IMG/VR virus record: IMGVR_UViG_3300024260_000007
Strand: one strand, 5' to 3'
Length of the DNA stretch: 64,000 nucleotides
Origin: an uncultured virus (IMG/VR IMGVR_UViG_3300024260_000007)
Lineage: Duplodnaviria > Heunggongvirae > Uroviricota > Caudoviricetes
In this document: positions 17,976 through 29,500 of the stretch, piece by piece
Position numbering within the stretch: the stretch's first letter is position 1
Layout: each line of letters opens with the position of its first letter
Program-made: the position numbers and the translations under genes
Notes under the pieces: generated by a model
Databases searched by the model: none
What the model saw: the letters and a program-made list of their open reading frames with translations, nothing else
What the model was told of the DNA's origin: nothing

Positions 17976-18875
17976 ATGAGCATTTACGGATACGGGTACG
18001 GGACAAACGATGGGCAGAACGCCATTGACTGGAATTACTATAGGTATCCAGAACAGCAGGTAGGGGCAAGACCTCTGGATTACCCTGCTCACTTACCTTG
18101 GCCTCCTCCTCAACCTAATGTCAATGTAGACAGCGGTGGGGGCGGCGCTATGCCTAATATCAATGGCGGTACCTCACCTACGGGGCAGGGGCTTGGCTCG
18201 TTAAACGGCGGTAAAGAGTATGGTTGGAAAGACGTGGGTAACTTCCTGTCTAACCAGACTCTGGGCCCTATGGGTGAGCACGTCGGCTTAGGTAATTACA
18301 ACGCAGGTAATGCAATAGGGACAGTGGGCGCAGGCTTACTAGGGGTCATGAATCCTGTCGTAGGTATGGGACTAAGCTGGTTAGGTAATCAGGCTTGGGG
18401 CAATAAGTACGGAGAGGACGGCTTCTGGGGCAGCTTCTGGGGTGAAGATAAAGATAAAGACGATGAAAAGACAGACGACGGACTGGGTGACAATCCTCTA
18501 GGTATTCCTGGTAAGGATAATTTAGGTAGAGGATTTACTAATCCAAGTGACTTAAGTAAAGGACCTAATCAGTTTGGGCCAGAGGGTTTCAATATGCAAG
18601 ATGGTGTGGGTGTTACAGACCCTAGTGGTCCGTACGGTGACGGCAGCGGGCTAGGGTATAACGCCCCTACCACAATCGAGACATTCAGCCCTGATAACAA
18701 CTACGGATATACTGGCCCCGACTCTAATGGAAACAGTCAGAACTTCAACTATACTGGCGGCGACGGCTCAGCAGGCGACGGCTCAGGATTTGGTGAAAAC
18801 AACTCAGGATTTGGCGGTTTTGAAGATGGTACCGATGAGAGTGACGCAGCTGCTGCGGACCAAGGCGAATGGTAG
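17976..18875 (+). CDS. Gly/Asp/Asn-rich low-complexity protein with a Gly-rich hydrophobic segment
   Basis: Composition; GNAIGTVGAGLLGV segment. Confidence 0.6.
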   Translation: MSIYGYGYGTNDGQNAIDWNYYRYPEQQVGARPLDYPAHLPWPPPQPNVNVDSGGGGAMPNINGGTSPTGQGLGSLNGGKEYGWKDVGNFLSNQTLGPMGEHVGLGNYNAGNAIGTVGAGLLGVMNPVVGMGLSWLGNQAWGNKYGEDGFWGSFWGEDKDKDDEKTDDGLGDNPLGIPGKDNLGRGFTNPSDLSKGPNQFGPEGFNMQDGVGVTDPSGPYGDGSGLGYNAPTTIETFSPDNNYGYTGPDSNGNSQNFNYTGGDGSAGDGSGFGENNSGFGGFEDGTDESDAAAADQGEW

Positions 18876-18892
18876 ATTTAAAGGAGCTTTAA

Positions 18893-20677
18893 ATGGCATT
18901 ACAATCGATTAACTTTCCTCCGGGAATACAAAAAGAGGGTACAACCTACTCTTCAGAGGGCTCTTGGGCTGATGCAGACAGGGTTCGATTTAAAGCAGGA
19001 ATGCCTGAGCGTATTGGCGGCTGGACAAAACATATTAATGGTACTTTAAACGGTGTGGCCAGGGCTATAGTAGCATGGCGCTCCAACAACGGTACTGTTA
19101 ATACTGCTTACGGCACACATAAGAAACTGTACCTGGAGCAGGGCGGTACGCTTTACGACATAACACCTCTTAGAAAAACTACTACTACCATGTCTAGCGA
19201 CCCAGCAGCCTCGGTAAATGCATCTACTACAGTCACAATAACAGACACAGCGCATGGCGCCTCAACAGGAGACTTTGTAACCCTGTCTGGACTTACAATG
19301 GGCGCATCAGGGCTGGTAACTACAGAAGTAAATGCCAATCATGAGCTTACAGTGCTTACTGTAGATACATATACTATAACGGTAGCAACTGCAGCGTCTG
19401 CTACAGTATCTGTAGGCGGAACAGCAGGTGTTGCAGCCTATGAAGTCAGTATTGGTACGATTACCGAGTCCTTTGAATACGGGTACGGTACTTCTACATG
19501 GGGCGATAGTACGTGGGGAACAGCGCGTACTACATCGTCGGTTACACTAACCCCTAGAATTTGGTCTTTAGACACGTTTGGTGAGGATTTAATAGCAACA
19601 TACGAGCAGGGGCTGTTGTATACCTGGGACGCATCAGGCGGCTCAGGAGTCAGAGCGACCGTTATAACCAACGCTCCTGCTAGCAACAGTCGAATCTTAA
19701 TATCTACCCCAGACAGACATCTTATTGCATTTGGGTCACATAATGGGACAGAGTTTGACCCATTATTAGTTAAGTGGGCTTCGCAAGAAAGCACCACAGA
19801 CTGGACAGCTAGTAGTATTAACACCGCAGGTAGTATGAGAATATCAGGAGGCTCTAAAATTGTAGGAGCCCAGCGAGGTCAGGGTCAAGTTCTAGTATGG
19901 ACAGACACTGATTTACACTCTATGCAGTTTACAGGACCTCCGTATACATTTGGTTTCCAGCAGATTGCAACAGAGTGTGGGGCTGCGGGTCCTAATGCTA
20001 TGGTGGTATCCAACTCAGTAGCATACTGGATTGGGCAACATAACTTCTATATGTATGATGGTTCTGTAAAACCACTACCTAGTACTGTACGTACTTATGT
20101 ATTTAACGATATTAATAAGACGCAGCGTAGTAAGATGGTGGCAGGACTAAACCAGGCGTTCCATGAAGTGTGGTGGTTCTACCCGTCTGAGAGTAGTACG
20201 GAGAACAATAAGTATGTGATGTATAATTATGCAGAAGGGGTGTGGTCGCTTGGTGCCATGGGCCGTAGCGCTTGGGTAGACAGAGGAACATTTAGACTTC
20301 CTATTGGAGTTTCTGATACAGGGGTAGTTTATGACCATGAGAAAGGAAATACTGAAGACGGTACTGCTATGGTGTCCTATATTGAGTCTGCTGAGTTTGA
20401 TTTAGGTGAGGGTGATGAGTTATTCTCACTACATAAAATCATACCTGACATATCACAAGACGCAGGGTCTGTTGATATTAGCTTCGATGCTAAGCTGTAC
20501 CCTAACGATGCAGCTAAGGCATACGGACCTTTCACTGTAACCCCTACAACAGAAAAGATAAACACTAGGCTTAGAGCGCGCCAAATCAGCATTAAATTTA
20601 CTTCAGATGCCTTATTAGACGAGAAGTGGCGACTTGGTACATCCCGTATTGATATTAAACCTGCAGGAAGGAGATAG
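18893..20677 (+). CDS. Tail nozzle / packaged-DNA stabilisation protein (tail tubular B, P22 gp10-like)
   Basis: 594 aa, propeller-like, PERIGGW, EVWWFYPS, ends PAGRR; precedes the ejection genes. Confidence 0.75.
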   Translation: MALQSINFPPGIQKEGTTYSSEGSWADADRVRFKAGMPERIGGWTKHINGTLNGVARAIVAWRSNNGTVNTAYGTHKKLYLEQGGTLYDITPLRKTTTTMSSDPAASVNASTTVTITDTAHGASTGDFVTLSGLTMGASGLVTTEVNANHELTVLTVDTYTITVATAASATVSVGGTAGVAAYEVSIGTITESFEYGYGTSTWGDSTWGTARTTSSVTLTPRIWSLDTFGEDLIATYEQGLLYTWDASGGSGVRATVITNAPASNSRILISTPDRHLIAFGSHNGTEFDPLLVKWASQESTTDWTASSINTAGSMRISGGSKIVGAQRGQGQVLVWTDTDLHSMQFTGPPYTFGFQQIATECGAAGPNAMVVSNSVAYWIGQHNFYMYDGSVKPLPSTVRTYVFNDINKTQRSKMVAGLNQAFHEVWWFYPSESSTENNKYVMYNYAEGVWSLGAMGRSAWVDRGTFRLPIGVSDTGVVYDHEKGNTEDGTAMVSYIESAEFDLGEGDELFSLHKIIPDISQDAGSVDISFDAKLYPNDAAKAYGPFTVTPTTEKINTRLRARQISIKFTSDALLDEKWRLGTSRIDIKPAGRR

Positions 20678-20678
20678 A

Positions 20679-20843
20679 ATGGCAGTATTACTAAAGGAAA
20701 GATTCCCTATTCCTAGAGATACATACGATAAAGAGCAGTTAAATCAACTAGTTAGAGTGTTAGAGCTTGCTTTCCGTAGGGTTGACTTTGAACTAGCTGA
20801 TGACGCAGACCAGCGTGAAGCTGAAGGTTGGTTACTGAGATGA
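20679..20843 (+). CDS. Small tail-associated protein
   Basis: RBS aaggag before ATG 20679; coupled to the next gene. Confidence 0.6.
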   Translation: MAVLLKERFPIPRDTYDKEQLNQLVRVLELAFRRVDFELADDADQREAEGWLLR

Positions 20844-21175
20844 GTAACTACTTTAAATCAGCAGGTACAGCTTTACCTACTACCGCAGCAACTACATTAT
20901 TAACAGCGACTGCCCAGTCGTCTTTTATCTTAAGTAGTGTTATAATATCCAACACTACCGCCGGAAGCGAAACAGTAGACATAAATTTCGTCGATAGTAG
21001 TGCAAGTGCTACATTTAATATCGCCACCGAGCTTGCTATTGGCGCCAAAACCAAGATAGAACTATTGAGTAACTCTTTTGTATTAGAAGAAGGGGATTCG
21101 ATGACAGCAACTGCATCAACTGGTAGCTCTATTGAAATCGTAATATCATATTTAGATAGGTACAGAGGCGGATAA
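20840..21175 (+). CDS. Small beta-sandwich virion protein
   Basis: ATGA overlap; VLEEGD motif. Confidence 0.6.
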   Translation: MSNYFKSAGTALPTTAATTLLTATAQSSFILSSVIISNTTAGSETVDINFVDSSASATFNIATELAIGAKTKIELLSNSFVLEEGDSMTATASTGSSIEIVISYLDRYRGG

Positions 21176-22287
21176 TGGCAGGCATACAAGATTTAGCGCA
21201 ATACGGTAGAGGCAACGACACAATGATTGCTCACGTAACTCCAGGCGAGCAGATGATTCCGCCTGAGATGATGGTGCGCCACCCTGGTCTACAGAAGGAG
21301 TTATACCAAGCCTATGAGGCTGAAGGTATGGACCCACGTCAATTTAAAGTAGGCTCAGGTATCACTTCATTAAACCCGACTACAGGCATGCCTGAGTACG
21401 GGTTCTTCAAGAAATTATTTAAAGCTGCGGCACCTGTCGTAGGCTACGCATTGGGTGGCGCTGCAGGCGCTGCTATTGGCGGTGCTCTAGCAGGAGCCTC
21501 TGACGGAGGCGGCTGGAAGGGTGCTTTAAAGGGTGGCGCTATCGGTTACGTCGGTGGCTCTCTTGCTGCAGGCGGCGCTTTCGGTGATACGATTGCAGCG
21601 AACTCAGGTATGGGTTTTGGCGGAGCTACAGGCACAGCTGGGCTTGGTTCTTTTGGCACAGAGTGGTCGGGCACGCCAGGAGCATGGGGTAGCAACGGGG
21701 TTTCTAGCTCTATCGAACGCCATGGTGGTATTGGTAACGCGTGGCAGAACCTAGGTAAAAAAGCAACCAGTAGCCCTATGCTAGCAATGGCAGCATTAGG
21801 CGCTCTTTCAGAAGAGCCTGACAACGGCGGTGGTACTCCTTACGTTCCAAACGATAAGAAAGGCGACCCATTTAAGATAGACCGTCCTGATTTAGAGTCA
21901 GGTACTGGAGTTCATCAAAGTAATGCTATCACAGATGCGACAGCAGGATATGGTGCTGGGTACAAGGACTACAAAGCCGTAAACATGCCATACAATAGTG
22001 CAGACTATGTACAAACTCCGGTTATAAAGCCAACTGCATTAATACTAAACAACCCAAAGATAAGCCCAGAGGAGTTGATGGAGTATTATAAGCCTAAGGC
22101 TTATAAAGCACAGGGCGGAATGATTAATCACGGCACGACAGGTACTGCTGACGATGTTCCAATTATGGCATCGAGAGGTGAATTTGTAATGACAGCAGAC
22201 GCTGTAAGAAACGCAGGACAAGGCGACCCAAGAGTGGGCGCTAAGAAACTATATAACCTAATGTACAATTTAGAGGGAGCAAGATAA
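21175..22287 (+). CDS. Internal virion / ejection protein 1
   Basis: DTMIAHVTPGE, NPTTGMPEYGFFKK, Gly-rich TM-like stretch, GTADDVP..SRGEFV. Confidence 0.6.
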   Translation: MAGIQDLAQYGRGNDTMIAHVTPGEQMIPPEMMVRHPGLQKELYQAYEAEGMDPRQFKVGSGITSLNPTTGMPEYGFFKKLFKAAAPVVGYALGGAAGAAIGGALAGASDGGGWKGALKGGAIGYVGGSLAAGGAFGDTIAANSGMGFGGATGTAGLGSFGTEWSGTPGAWGSNGVSSSIERHGGIGNAWQNLGKKATSSPMLAMAALGALSEEPDNGGGTPYVPNDKKGDPFKIDRPDLESGTGVHQSNAITDATAGYGAGYKDYKAVNMPYNSADYVQTPVIKPTALILNNPKISPEELMEYYKPKAYKAQGGMINHGTTGTADDVPIMASRGEFVMTADAVRNAGQGDPRVGAKKLYNLMYNLEGAR

Positions 22288-23507
22288 TGGCTACATCATC
22301 AACAACTACGATAGGCGGCATCCCTGAGTGGATGGAAGACTATGCCAAGAAGACAATGGCATCAGGGCAGTCTCTTGCAGAAACTCCCTATTCATCATAT
22401 GGTGGTCAGCAACTGGCGGGCTTTACAGCACCTCAAACACAATCAGCTAATCTAGTACAGTCTAATGTAGGCTCAGGACAAGCAGCCCTGGCGGCTTCTA
22501 CAGGCTTAGCAGGCGAGCAGGCGAAATACGCAAGACAGGGTATCGCTCAAGCAGGAGCGGGAACTCCGTTATTCGGTCAGGGTGTTTCTATGACTGGTGC
22601 GGGTGCTGGCCTAACTAACGAGGCTGCCGCGGCAGCAAGAGGAGCCCCATCTACATTCAATGCAATGTTGCCTGGTCTAGCGTCTCAGTATGCAGGCACA
22701 GCACAGTCTTATGACCCTAGGTCAGCGGGTGCGTTCATGAATCCATATCAAGACGCTGTAACTAAGCAGGGTCTTGATGAGATGCGCCGACAAGGTACAC
22801 AAGGACTTAACCAGATTAGTGCAAACGCTGTGGGCGCTGGTGCGTTCGGCGGCGCGCGCCACGGTATAGCCGAAGCAGAGCATCGTAGAAACATGCTTGA
22901 CCAGCAAAGCAAATTCATTAACGAGTCAAATATGCAAAACTACGGTCAGGCTCAGAATGCTTCTCTACAGAACTTCCAAAACCAGATGGCTCGTCAAGCA
23001 GGCGCAGCACAAGGTCTTCAGGGACTAGGTCAGACAAGTTCAGGACTACAGTCAAATGTAGCCACTCAATTAGGTCAGCTAGGCGGTCAGTACGGTACGA
23101 TGGGTCAGCAGTTAGGTGCTCTAGGTAGTAGATACGGACAGATGGGACAAACACAAGCTAACATCGGCGCGCAACTGGGTCAGGTTGGTCAGACTCAAGC
23201 AGACTTGGCTAGAATGTCACGTGGCTTTACTGGTGATGATATCAACAGTCTACAGAATGTTGGTAACTTACAGCAGGTACAAGCACAGCGTGGACTAGAC
23301 TTAGACCAGGCAGCGTGGGAGAAGCAGCAGAAGCATCCATATGAACAGCTTAACTTTATGAGTGGTCTAATTAAAGGGACTCCTTATAGAACTCAGCAGA
23401 TGTCTACAACAGAAACACAGGACCCATCTAGAGCTAATCAGGTACTAGGTGGACTAGCAACACTGGCTGGAGCCGGTAAAGACTTTAACTGGTGGGGTAA
23501 TAAATGA
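22287..23507 (+). CDS. Internal virion / DNA pilot protein 2 (Q/G/A-rich)
   Basis: FMNPYQ..V, GAFGGAR, heptad LG repeats; position. Confidence 0.65.
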   Translation: MATSSTTTIGGIPEWMEDYAKKTMASGQSLAETPYSSYGGQQLAGFTAPQTQSANLVQSNVGSGQAALAASTGLAGEQAKYARQGIAQAGAGTPLFGQGVSMTGAGAGLTNEAAAAARGAPSTFNAMLPGLASQYAGTAQSYDPRSAGAFMNPYQDAVTKQGLDEMRRQGTQGLNQISANAVGAGAFGGARHGIAEAEHRRNMLDQQSKFINESNMQNYGQAQNASLQNFQNQMARQAGAAQGLQGLGQTSSGLQSNVATQLGQLGGQYGTMGQQLGALGSRYGQMGQTQANIGAQLGQVGQTQADLARMSRGFTGDDINSLQNVGNLQQVQAQRGLDLDQAAWEKQQKHPYEQLNFMSGLIKGTPYRTQQMSTTETQDPSRANQVLGGLATLAGAGKDFNWWGNK

Positions 23508-26500
23508 GCATCGCAGAAAAACTAATAGAGTTCACCAAGTCATTAGACGAGGCGGATAACTCAAGAAAGAATCCTGTCGAGGGTATGACCATGGCAGATA
23601 AGATGCAGATGGGCATGGGTGCTATGGGTACTTTATATGGGAGTGCCGCTGAGCAACAAGGCATGCCTACCCAGGACTGGATGAAGCAGAACATCGCGGC
23701 TGGTGATATGGACATGGCTGGTCGGAATATGGCGGGTGCTATGAATAATACAACGCCTGAGCAGATGCAGGTGTTTCAGGGTATTGAAGGTATCCCATCT
23801 CAAATGATGCAGCCTGTAAATCAACCACAGGCCCCGCAATTATCGCAGACACAGCAGAACGTAGTAGCGGGTGAAAACTCAATGAACCGTATGCAGCAGG
23901 AAGTGGATTACGCTAAATCACAACAAGCAGCACAGGCTAAGCAACAAGCAGCACAGCAACAACAGCAGAACGCTGGTATCACCTCACTATCGAACGAGGA
24001 TGTAGCAATAGCGCAGGGCGAAGCTAAGGGCTTAGTAAAACAAGCAGTAGCAGACCAGGCAGACGATATTGATGACACGGCGCAAGCAGCAAAGGAAACA
24101 CAAGGCTGGTCAGAAGAGCATTTCAGAGGGGCTATTAAAGTAATTGATAGCCTAATACAGCAGACAAACCCTGAATCAGCAGAGTACGCCTCTTTACAAA
24201 ACAGAAAAGCAGACCTAATTAGAGTCTATGAATCTCAAAAAGGCAGTGACGACCCTCGTAAGGCGATGGCGAACCAGGTCGCTGGTAATCAGAGGATAGC
24301 TCAAGCTAAACTAGATGGAGAACAGATTCAGCAGTTGGCCCGTACACAGCAGCAAGCAGTAGCACAAGGGCAGGATGTTTACGCTGAGGAGCTTGAGGAG
24401 CAGGATACTTTAAATCAACTAAGTGACTGGGACATGGAGACTAAGATGCAGGACGCGCAGGCACAGTTCGGTGAACTAGACCAGGAATACGCACAAACAG
24501 AACAGGACAAGCAGATAGGCGCCGACGAACGCGCTGCCTATTTAGAGGAGATGAGCGGTACTGGGGACGCGCAACAGATGGCATACCAGCCAGCTGAAAA
24601 GAGTGCTCAGCCAGCTCCTACTTCAAGAGAGCGTATTAATATGACACTCGACAATGTGAACGACCTGCAGGGTGGCGAGCAATTGGTAGACCGGATTGCC
24701 AGAGAGCAGGCAGCTATCGATGAAGCAGACGCGGTACGCCAAAGTATCGTAGACACAGCTATGGACGAGCCTACTTTCCCTGATACGGACAAGGGTGATA
24801 GCGACAGACTAGCGTATCAGGCACAGGACGCTGGTTTTGACAACGTGCATGACTACTTAGCAGATACAGAAACTACACCAGGTGCTAACGTAGGAGCAGG
24901 CTGGAAAGACAAGACAGCTGATAATCAAATGAAGGCTATTGAGCATCAGTTCAGTAAGCTAGATAAAGAAGTTGCCTCTCGTATTACCGAGGCAGTCCAG
25001 ACACCTCCTCCACCAGGGGACGAAACAGGTGTTGCCTCTGTAAACAATATGAAGAAGACAGTAACAGAGTCTGTTTTAAATGAGGCTGGTAGTATAAAGT
25101 CTTCAGCCGACTTACGAGGCGTATCCGCTAAGATTTTTAAAGAGGCTATGGCCTTGGAGAATATGAAGAACGCGGACAGAGACTGGGGTCCTGCTATGAT
25201 GCAGTTTGGCTTAACCCTAATGTCAACTCCGGGCAACCTACTAACAGGTATTGGTATTGCAGGAAAAGACGCACTTAAGATGTGGCAAGACATCAAGAAA
25301 GGCGATAAAACCGCAGCAACTGCTAAGAAAGAACTAGCTCTTAAGTACGCAGAACTCGCTGATACTAAAGACAAAGAAGAAGACACTGCTAAAGAGAAGC
25401 TATATACTAAATGGGATGCTAACGAAGACGGTACTGTCTCAACTTCGCAAGTAACTGGTAAGAAAACAGGTAAGGAGCGAGCTTCCCAGATTCTAAACGA
25501 GATGGCAGGCATCACTACTAAAGGAGACCTAGAAAAATTAACGCCTACGCAGGCGGCTCAGTTCTCTAACGATTACATCTCAGCATACAACGGCTCTAGT
25601 ACAACAGATAGTTTTGGTAATGTTACTAACCTAACGGGTAAGACACATCCATTGAAGGTATTGGCTACATTGCGTAAAAAGTACCCTAATAATAAAGAGC
25701 TAGGTGCTATTGAGACAGCACTACGCGACAACCGACCTCTTAATAAAGTACAAGGTGAGCTGAAAGCCAGAAAGCATTCAGTTAACAGTTTGATGGTTGC
25801 CTATAAAGACCTTAAGGACATCGTAAACAAAGCCCCTGCTAACTCAACTAACTGGGCAGGTAATTTAGCCTCTAAAATTGACAGCTTACTTGACCCAGTT
25901 TGGGGAAGTAAAGTGGGTACTAACAAAGGTGCTATTGACTCTGCGTTTGAAGAGACCTTTGACAGTAGCTTCGACGAGACGGTTAGAAACAACGTAGCGG
26001 TGAAGAGCCTAATTAAGACACTGGCTAGACACCGTCTGATGGCGCGCTTTGGAGAGAAGGGCCGTTCTATCTCTAACGAAGACATGAAGCAAGAGATTCA
26101 AAACATTTCGTCAATGACGGAGTGGGGTGGTTCTAAGCAGAAGGTAATCGAAGGTATTGACACAGCTATGAAGGCTGACCTAAGAGCCTATGGCTCAGAG
26201 TGGGAGTCTGCATTTGGTAATACTAACGGCTTTACGGATAGGTTTACAGACGGTAATGGTGAAATAGCGGCTAACTTAGCGTACGGGGTTACTACTACAC
26301 GCGGCCCGCGTAAGAACACACACCCTTTCCAGTCTAATTCAGGTGGCGCCTACGACGAAGCGTCGTTTACAAGGCACATCAAAGGTAAGTTCAATGACTT
26401 TATACAGTCTAAAGTAGCCAATCCTTCGGCAAGACTGAAGCAGTACATAGAGTCTAGCTTCCCAGAGAAAGACTGGGGTAAGCTAATGAAAATAACAGCA

Positions 26501-26515
26501 GATGCATTTGACTAA
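23504..26515 (+). CDS. Large internal virion / ejection protein 3
   Basis: 1003 aa, helical, central hydrophobic hairpin; position after the nozzle gene. Confidence 0.6.
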   Translation: MSIAEKLIEFTKSLDEADNSRKNPVEGMTMADKMQMGMGAMGTLYGSAAEQQGMPTQDWMKQNIAAGDMDMAGRNMAGAMNNTTPEQMQVFQGIEGIPSQMMQPVNQPQAPQLSQTQQNVVAGENSMNRMQQEVDYAKSQQAAQAKQQAAQQQQQNAGITSLSNEDVAIAQGEAKGLVKQAVADQADDIDDTAQAAKETQGWSEEHFRGAIKVIDSLIQQTNPESAEYASLQNRKADLIRVYESQKGSDDPRKAMANQVAGNQRIAQAKLDGEQIQQLARTQQQAVAQGQDVYAEELEEQDTLNQLSDWDMETKMQDAQAQFGELDQEYAQTEQDKQIGADERAAYLEEMSGTGDAQQMAYQPAEKSAQPAPTSRERINMTLDNVNDLQGGEQLVDRIAREQAAIDEADAVRQSIVDTAMDEPTFPDTDKGDSDRLAYQAQDAGFDNVHDYLADTETTPGANVGAGWKDKTADNQMKAIEHQFSKLDKEVASRITEAVQTPPPPGDETGVASVNNMKKTVTESVLNEAGSIKSSADLRGVSAKIFKEAMALENMKNADRDWGPAMMQFGLTLMSTPGNLLTGIGIAGKDALKMWQDIKKGDKTAATAKKELALKYAELADTKDKEEDTAKEKLYTKWDANEDGTVSTSQVTGKKTGKERASQILNEMAGITTKGDLEKLTPTQAAQFSNDYISAYNGSSTTDSFGNVTNLTGKTHPLKVLATLRKKYPNNKELGAIETALRDNRPLNKVQGELKARKHSVNSLMVAYKDLKDIVNKAPANSTNWAGNLASKIDSLLDPVWGSKVGTNKGAIDSAFEETFDSSFDETVRNNVAVKSLIKTLARHRLMARFGEKGRSISNEDMKQEIQNISSMTEWGGSKQKVIEGIDTAMKADLRAYGSEWESAFGNTNGFTDRFTDGNGEIAANLAYGVTTTRGPRKNTHPFQSNSGGAYDEASFTRHIKGKFNDFIQSKVANPSARLKQYIESSFPEKDWGKLMKITADAFD

Positions 26516-26523
26516 GGATAAAC

Positions 26524-29500
26524 ATGGGATTTAATTTAGACGAGTTTAATAACGCAGGTACTTATCAAGGAACTACAGAGGTTTTAGACGCCCCTGAGGA
26601 TTCTAGCACTCCTAATTGGGGCTCGTTTGAGTCCAGGGTGAGAGAGTCTGGTATCGAGTCAAGTGTGATGGATACCCATATCTGGGGTGTAGACTCAGAA
26701 GAGTCAGGAGTTACGCACAACGCGCCATACGATATCCAGTCTACTATGTCATACACCCCGACAGACTCGTACCAATTCACTTTAAAACATATGTTAAAAC
26801 GTGAGTTTCCTGAGGCTGCTGATAACGGACATTTCTTCGATGTGTACCAAGATAAAGACTCAGGCAAGTATGTCTATACTGACCCAGAAGGCAATAAGAC
26901 GTGGGTCGAGCCCCCTGGTATAGACATTGAAGACATCACTACGGAACTAGTGCCTATGGGTACTGAAACAGTAGCGGGTGCCATGGGAGGTGCGGCAGGT
27001 TTTGCAACACCGGCACCGGGTGGTACTATCATGGGCGCTGCAGCGGGCTCGGGAGTAGGTGCTTTTGCATGGAGAGCTCAGGATTTAAAGGACAGGTTGG
27101 ACAAAGGATTGCTAGACCCTAGTATATACGGCACAGCCGAAGAACCTAATTACCTATCTCTGTTCAACGAGACTAGCAAACACGGAGCCTTGTCTGCAGT
27201 GGGCTCCGTAGGCGGAGATGTGCTGACTAAAGCCTTCGGTATGGTGTTCAACAAGACTAAAGACAAATTTATAGAAAAGAAGCTGTCTGCTATTGTAGAC
27301 GATGCGATTGTAGAGGGCGTTAAAAAGAAAAACGAGCTGTTCACAGAGGAGGAGTTTGAGCATCTAACTACAGGTCAGATGCTAGCGCGGCTAGCTGAGC
27401 ACAAGCTAGAAGTAGCCTCAGGTAGAGGTGAGAAGGCCGCGGCCCAGAAGCTGCAGGCAGTATCTCGACAGCTCCAAGAGCAGGAGACTGAATTTCTAGG
27501 TAACTCTAATATCAGTACAGAGTTAAGAGAGAAGTTGTTTGCGCAGGGTGGTTATATATACGACCAGTATAAACTAATGCTTAATAACGCAGGATTACCT
27601 CACGAAGTGTCTGAGGCGTTAACAGAGCTACAGATGCGGGACAAGGGTAAGAATATCCAAGATTACGTAATGGCTAATCACGATGAGTACTTAAAAGCAA
27701 CAGGTAAGCGCTTTAAATCGAGTACTGAAGAGTTGCAAAGACGTATTGATACCATTGTCGGGTATGCAAGGTCGCCCGACAAGGCTGGCTCTCAGATAAA
27801 GAGTACTATCAATTACGCTAAGAAGAGATTCGACGACGATATTGATGCAGAGTACAAGTCTATTCTTCAAATGATTCCCAACGGAAGTAATAACAAAGTA
27901 TTCGACTTGACTTCTTTTACAATGGGGCCTTTCGCACGATGGAATAAGCAGGTAGGTGAGGCAGTAGGTGAGTTTGACGTAAATAAGAAGTTCATCGGTG
28001 ATATGAAGAACGACTTATTCGAGATGGTTAAAACCGTAGGTAAAGACGGTAATGAGGTCATGGTGCGTCAGATTAAGAAGCTGGACTACGCCGGTATTGA
28101 TAAGACCCTTAAGAAACTACGCCAACGCAGACGTCAGGCATTCAACGCTAATGACCCTTCGGCCTCTTTTGATAGAGATATGCTCAAAGAGTTCATCGGC
28201 GAGCTGGAAAATATCCGGGCAGATGGGCTTGAGAATATTGTCCGAGGTAATGATGACGCTTTAGATAGACTACTGCATGTAGAGCATGCTTACTCTCAAG
28301 GCAGACGTACGTTTGATTCAGATATTGTCCTTAATATCATGGGTGGCTCTACTAAAGAGGCAGATGTATGGGGGTTAGTTAAAAATGCAGGTCCTGGCGA
28401 TAGAGACTACCTGAAAGATATTATGAAGACGCACCTACCTGACGCTGGTCTATACAGTGGCGACGCTTTATATCAGACAATCCGTAGAGGTATCTTTAAT
28501 GAGTATCGCAAGAAAGTATTAGGTATTTCTAAGGCTGGCAAAGGCTCAGATATACTAGAAATGAGTCCTAATTACTACTCTACCAAACAAGGCGAGCACG
28601 CGGAGTGGCTTAATGAAAACGACTCCATTGTTAAGGAGTGGTTGACTACTGCGGACAGAGAAAAACTCAAGAGTGTTGAGCACATGGCTCAGATTACTGT
28701 AAATGAGCAGGGTGTCTGGAAAGAACTACTGGAAGATTTCAACACCCTACCTTGGGGTAGTAAGAAGACAGGCCCTTTAAAAGGTACTCTGAAAGATACA
28801 GAAATGCTGTTCCATAAGACATGGGGCGCAGGTAAAGTAGGCGATTCACAAAAGCTACACAATACGCTACATAGGGCAGACGGTACTATCAAGCCTGGCG
28901 CAGAAGATGTAGTGGCTGATTATCAGTCTATGATTATGAATGACATGAATCAGACTATCATCAAACGGGCAGACGCTGGTGAACGACTTAAAGTAGGTAA
29001 CTTTATCGACCAAGACGCAGTTCGCAAGTATTTGAAAGACAATACAGCTAAGCTGGACATGTGGTTAGGTGCTGATACATTACAGTCGTTACAAGATGTA
29101 CTGAGGCTGTCTGAGGTAATGGAGTCTGGTTACAAGGGATTCACCAACGCAGGTGAGGGCGACGCTTTCGCTAAGGCTATGATGGATATGGGTCGTGCTT
29201 ACGTAGGTATGTTCACAACTCCAGGTCGTATGCTAACAGCTGGTAAGAGAATACGTGCCCGAGGCACTAATAGAAAGCAGATGGAGAGGATACTGTCCCC
29301 TGCACTGGCTGCGGCTCAAATCTCTAAAGGAGACCGTTCTTTATTCAAGCGTATGTTCTTCCAAGTATTTGGAAAGTCTGAAACGCGCGCTGGGGAGCCG
29401 GATGCAGTGGAGGACCAGCTCCAAGACCCTGCTTCTAAATTTAATCTAGATGAGTTCACAAGCGGTGCAAAGGTATCTTTTAAGAACGGCGGCGTAGTCC

